The notes under the pieces are model-generated. The model was not told where the DNA came from, ran no database searches, and saw only the letters and a list, made by a program, of their open reading frames with translations. From a virus: a stretch of DNA of 64,000 nucleotides. Positions 58,901 through 64,000 of this stretch are shown one piece after another. Each line of letters begins with the position of its first letter. The stretch's first letter is position 1. A program made the translations under genes and the position numbers. The stretch spans positions 1 through 64,000 of the IMG/VR virus record IMGVR_UViG_3300045125_000040; one strand, 5' to 3'.

Positions 58901-61898
58901 GTGGCAGCTAATCAGATAACAACTACAACTTCAACTTCAACTAGTACAAGAACAGGTACACAATTAGTTGTAAGTTCACAATCTAATACTACTTCTGTAG
59001 GTAACTTTGTAACAGATGTCACCTTACAGCCTTATATTGCAAACAGAGTTGTGTCATTTTTTGCTTATAATATGCGTCCTAATCAGAGAATGCATATTTT
59101 CTTTGATAGTGTTCTTGTAGATGAATTTTGTGCCCCATCTACTAGAGATGGAAGTAATAATTATTCTATTTCATCAATAACAAATACATCAGATTATAGA
59201 TCAATTCCTAAAGAAGGAAATTGGGGAACTGCAATATTTTCTGATAAAAGAGGTATAGTAGCTGGCCAATTTAATATCCCAGAAGGAAGATTTAAAACAG
59301 GCGATAGATTATTACAGATATCAGACGTTGATAGTTTGGTATATGGTAATAGTGCTTACACAACTATGTCTTCCGCATATTTTACAGCATCAAATCTGAA
59401 TGTAACAAAACAAGGTATCACTTTAACAACAGTAAATCCAGAATTGAAATGGGTTCCTGTATCAAATACTGTTGTTACCACCACATCTAATGTTGTAATA
59501 AAACAAATTCCTGATACTGTTAGATTTACTATTGATGCGTGGGAGCCAATTGCACAGGCATTAACTATTAATACTACAGGCGGCGAAGCTGGTATTTTTG
59601 CAACGTCTTTAGATATATTCTTCAAACAAAAGCACAAATATCTGAACATGGTGTAACTGTATATCTTTGTGAAGTTAATAATGGCTATCCTGATGGAAAT
59701 AATATATTACCATTTTCTACTGTTCATAAAGAATGGGGAAGTATTAGTACAAGTAATGATGCTACAATAGCTACTAATTTTAAATTCGAAGCACCTGTTT
59801 TTATGTCTAACGATAAAACATATGCTTTTATTGTAAAACCGGATGCTAATGACCCAGATTATTATGTATGGAGTGCTAATCTTGGTGATACTGATGTTAA
59901 ATCTGGATATCAGGTTTTCAGTCAGCCCGCCATAGGAACAGCTTTTTATGGGGCAACTACTACAGAATGGACAGCTTTACAAACAGAATATATTAAATTT
60001 ATTTTGTATAGAGCAAGCTTCTTAAATGGTATAGGTGACGCTTATTTCTATAATGCAAATGATGAATATATTACCGTAACAAATTTAGGTTATTCAAATG
60101 TTTCTTCTGGAATATTGTCTGGAGATATTGTTTATCAATCAACAAATTCCACAGCTAATTCTATAGGTGGAACTGTTAATACAAGTATTAAAGCCACAGT
60201 TGATTATTTTGATTCGGTAAAAGGAATTATTTACACATCAAATTCCACAGGTAATTTTGATAGTAATACTTATGTACAGATTCATAGATTTGCAAATAGT
60301 TCAGGAACGCCTAATAATTTAACATTAATAGCATATGCAAATACTGGTCAATTATATAATCCAGTTGTAGATTCGCTAGTACCTCAATTAGCAACTATAT
60401 CACCACCAGGCACAACTTTAAATATCAAATATAAGGGAACATCTAATAGTTATATTCTTGATAGCGAAGAATATAAAGTAACTCCTGGATATGAATCTGA
60501 ATTTTTTGATAAAGAAAGAATTGTTGCATCTAAATCCAATGAAGTAGACAATATGTCTTCTAATAAATCTTTTGCTGTTAGAGCAACTATGACAACAGAT
60601 ACAGAATATTTGTCTCCTGTTATTGATCTTGTCAGAAAAACACAATTAGTTATTAAAAATGATATTGATCCCATAGCATTTGAATATGATGAATTTTTTA
60701 ATTCTGGTGTTCAGAAATCAAAATATGTTTCTAAGGTTGTCACCTTGGCTGATGGACAAGATGCAGAAGATATTCAGGTTATTCTTACTGCATTTAGACC
60801 TATAAATTCTGACATTCAAGTTTGGGTCAAATTTTTAAATGGAGATGATACCGATTCAATAAACCAAAAAGTTTGGACTCCTTTATATAATGAAGGAGGA
60901 TCGATATATTCAGATCCAAGTAATCCTGATGATTTTAGAGAATTTGTGTTTAGTGTAGGTTCTTATTATACTATGCTTTCTACAAATGGCACGGTTACTT
61001 GTACTAACACTAGTAATGTTATTACAGGAACATCTACTACATTTTCAAATACACTTCAGCCAGGATGGTTTATTAATATGAGATCAAGCCAACAGGCTTT
61101 ACTCAACAATACACCATTCAGTGTTAAAGCAAATACACAAGGATTTAGTAATACAAGTGATGTACTTTTTGTTAATAATTCATTAAGTTATATTCAATCA
61201 AACAACAGAATAAAATATGTTGTTCCGACAAATAATACAGCAATTACTGGATTAACTGGAAATACATATTATTATGTATCATTTGCTAATACAACAGCAA
61301 TAGCATTGTCCACTACAGCTGGTGGCGCTAATGTTGATATAACTAGTGCTAATATAACAAGTTTAGAAGTTCATTCTGTATATGTTGAAAAACTTAGACA
61401 GTTATCTGAACAGACAAGAAAAGTTACTAGTATTACAAGTAATACAAGCTTAACAATAGATTCACCTTTTATTGGTAATTATACAAATCAACCATATTTT
61501 CTTGTTCCACCACCATCAACTCCATGGCTTTCTTTAGGGGTTCTACAAAAATAACAGGAAATGTTACTGCTAATTCAGGTACTAATATAATAACTGGATC
61601 TGGAACAGATTTCGTAACTCAAATTAAACCAGGATCAATCATTTCTATTGCAAATGATTCTCAAACAGTAGTTTCAGTAACCAATTCTACATATCTAACA
61701 GTAGGAACACCTTGGTCATCTAATGTTACCGGGTATGATGCATATACTGTTTCGACTTCTGGTTTAACCTATCTTAATGATAAATTAAACTTATATACTA
61801 CATTTAAACAATTTCAAATTAAGATAATTCTTCAGTCAAACGATAGCTCTAAAGTTCCGATAATTGACGATCTTAGAGTTCTAGCACTACAGTTGTAA
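58901..61898 (+). CDS. VrlC-like large virion protein, C-terminal part, frameshifted
   Basis: PYIANR, EPIAQ, FATSLDIFF, NFKFEAPVF, LSPVIDL, SKYVSKVVTL, FKQFQIKIILQS..VPIIDDLRVLAL. Confidence 0.85.
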
Positions 61899-61901
61899 AA
61901 A

Positions 61902-62114
61902 ATGACTAAATATCATCAAACAGATGTAGAAGGTTTAGTAAAAGATCCAGCTAGTGGCGCAGTCTTATGTGTAGATAATTTAAAGTTGGATGCTTATAAA
62001 AAACAAAAAGCCGCTATGAAAATTAATATGGAAAATAATGAAAGAATTACAAAAGTGGAAAAAGATCTTAATGAAATTAAAGAAATGTTAAGCCAATTAT
62101 TAAAGAGAAGCTAA
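61902..62114 (+). CDS. small conserved virion-region protein
   Basis: VEGLVKDPASGAV..EIKEMLSQLL, typical of the gene following VrlC-like proteins in T4-like phages. Confidence 0.65.
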   Translation: MTKYHQTDVEGLVKDPASGAVLCVDNLKLDAYKKQKAAMKINMENNERITKVEKDLNEIKEMLSQLLKRS

Positions 62115-62117
62115 TAA

Positions 62118-64000
62118 ATGACAGTAAATATTGCCAACACCGCAAATAATAATACTTTTGATTATTGGCGTAATAGAACGAATGAACTAGCATATGCGAT
62201 GTCTACGTATGCAGTTACGGTCAATTCTAATACCGCTACTGGCAATGCAGCAATTACAGGAACCTTTACATCAAACAGTTTAATAGCTAACAGTGTTACA
62301 ATTAACACTTCTATATCTTTTTGGTAATTCAACTGTTAATACATTTATTAATTCTACTTATATATCAACTGGCAATAGTTCAGTTAATACAATTATTAAC
62401 ACATCTTCTATTAATACTTATAGTATAAATTTAGGGTCTAATTTAAGTCTGAGTACAAGTTTATTTTCTGTAGGAAATTCTACAGCAAATTTAACATTAG
62501 ACAAAACCCAGATTTATCTAAGAGCGAACTCTACAACTAGTTCTCTTATTAATTCTTCCACTATATATATAACGTCAACTAATGGCGACGCTGTATCTCT
62601 GACGCCTGCACTTTTTACATTCGGCACATCTGTAACTATTAATACTAGTGTAATAACTACAAATTCTACAGCTGGTTTTTATGCAAATACTAGTGCATTA
62701 AGAGTTGGTTCAAATGTAGTAGTCAATACTTCAACAATCAATCTGGTAATACTATTGCAAACACAGTTGTCAATTCAACTATTTTGCAAATTTCTAATGC
62801 TACTCATCTTGCTAACTTAACTCCATCAACTTTATTTGTAGGAAATTCTAGCAGCAATATTTTAATTTCCACATTGTCTGTTTCAGTTAATGGATCTTCT
62901 ATAGTCAATACTACAGGAGTTTATACTACAACAGTTAATGCTGCTTCATACACTGTAGGAACTTCTACAGTAGCAAACGCAACTGGTGTTTATACTGGTG
63001 TTGTTAATGGATCTGTTCTACAAGTTGGAACATCAACTGTTGCAAACTCAACTGGTGTTTATACTGGTGTTGTTAATGCTACTTCACATACCACAACTGG
63101 TGTTACAGCAAACGTAACAGGTGTATATCCTACTTCTAACACATCTGGTAGTTCACTAGGTTTAGCAGCAAATAGATGGATTGTTTTTGCCAATACTATT
63201 GATTCTTCTGGTTTGATCACAGGAAGTTCTGGTGCAACAATAACAGGTACAACAAATACTTCTGTAGAATTTAATGTAGGAAGTTCTTTTAAAGCTAATA
63301 CTACTGGAGTATACGCTGGTGTTGTTAATGGTTCTGTTCTTCAAGTCGGAACATCAACTATTGCCAATTCTACTGGTGTTTATACTGGTGTTGTTAATGC
63401 TGCTTCATATACAGTTGGAACTTCATTTACTGCTAATGCGACTTTAGTTAATGCTTCTGCTATTAACATAACAAACCAAACTAACACTGCTACTTTATTT
63501 GTTACAACTTCTGCAAATGTTGGTGTTAATGTTCAGGTCACTACACAAGGACTTAACATTACAGGCAATACCACAACACAACCAACATTGAATTTAGTAA
63601 GTAATTCAGTAGCTTCAGGATTATTTATAGGTAATAATACTGTAACTGGCGCTCCACAATTAATGGTAGCTAATAGTGCTGGTAATACTACAATCAATGC
63701 CACATCTATTGGTTCAAGTTGGGGATTTTCGGTTAATTCAACAGCCACTGTTATTCCCGGAACTTTAACTGCTGCTGTTAATGCTTCGTCTATTTCTCTT
63801 GGTAACTCAACTGTTAATACGGTTGTTAATTCAACATCTATAAGCACTGGTAATTCAACAGTTAATACATTTATTAACTCAACTGCTATTTCTGTAAATG
63901 GTTCATTAAGTGTTCAAAGAACAGCTAGTATTTCCGGTAATACTACTTTATCAGGTAATTGGGCGAATGTAACTAGTGATTTGTTCGTTCGTGGAAATCT
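62118..64000 (+). CDS. tail fibre / fibre-like structural protein (Asn/Ser/Thr-rich), runs off the window end
   Basis: TFDYWRNRTNEL N-terminus; repeated (N/A)xTGVYTGVVN and GNSTVNT units. Confidence 0.75.

Noticed and set aside
62900-63420. Repeated ACTGGTGTTTATACTGGTGTTGTTAATG units as a possible diversity-generating retroelement TR/VR pair
   Set aside because: They are in-frame peptide repeats (TGVYTGVVN) of a fibre protein; no adenine-specific variation pattern and no reverse transcriptase in the window
1899-64000. Pervasive frameshifts suggesting pseudogenes, programmed frameshifting or stop-codon recoding
   Set aside because: Breaks hit essential genes (gp32, gp6, gp8) at random, are frame changes often near homopolymers rather than in-frame stops, and all three stop codons end genes normally; consistent with single-read indel errors

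Overview
This window looks like a single Oxford Nanopore read: it starts with a rapid-kit adapter (1-91) and has scattered indels that break most long genes into frameshifted pieces. The DNA comes from a large T4-like myophage. A circularly permuted tmRNA with the tag ANDNFAPFDYALAA points to an alphaproteobacterial host. 1-35 kb is an early/accessory region of many small ORFs under TTGAC-N-TATAAT promoters. It includes an acyl-CoA dehydrogenase, a PRTase, metallophosphoesterases, spanins plus a holin-like gene, an AAA ATPase, DUF1281, a methyltransferase-like gene, GP88, DUF932, three tRNAs, the tmRNA, two GIY-YIG homing endonucleases and an L,D-transpeptidase. 35-64 kb is the T4 core: gp33, gp59, gp32, a tail lysin/tape-measure-like gene, gp51, gp26, gp54, gp2, gp4, gp48, gp53, a hub gene, a split gp5, PAAR, gp25, gp6, gp7, gp8, a VrlC-like giant protein and a fibre. 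The most striking unexplained feature is a cis-acting locus at about 19.7-22.3 kb. It holds a perfect bacterial parS site, a perfect DnaA box and three phased repeat arrays (12, about 11 and 26 bp). These sit next to a compositionally distinct, GATC-free three-gene cassette, two of whose proteins end in ssrA-like 'AA'. A second highlight is the permuted tmRNA, preceded by a covarying copy of its own acceptor-stem/intervening-sequence helix that encloses a different structured RNA. All annotations come from motif recognition by eye, and coordinates of frameshifted genes are approximate.
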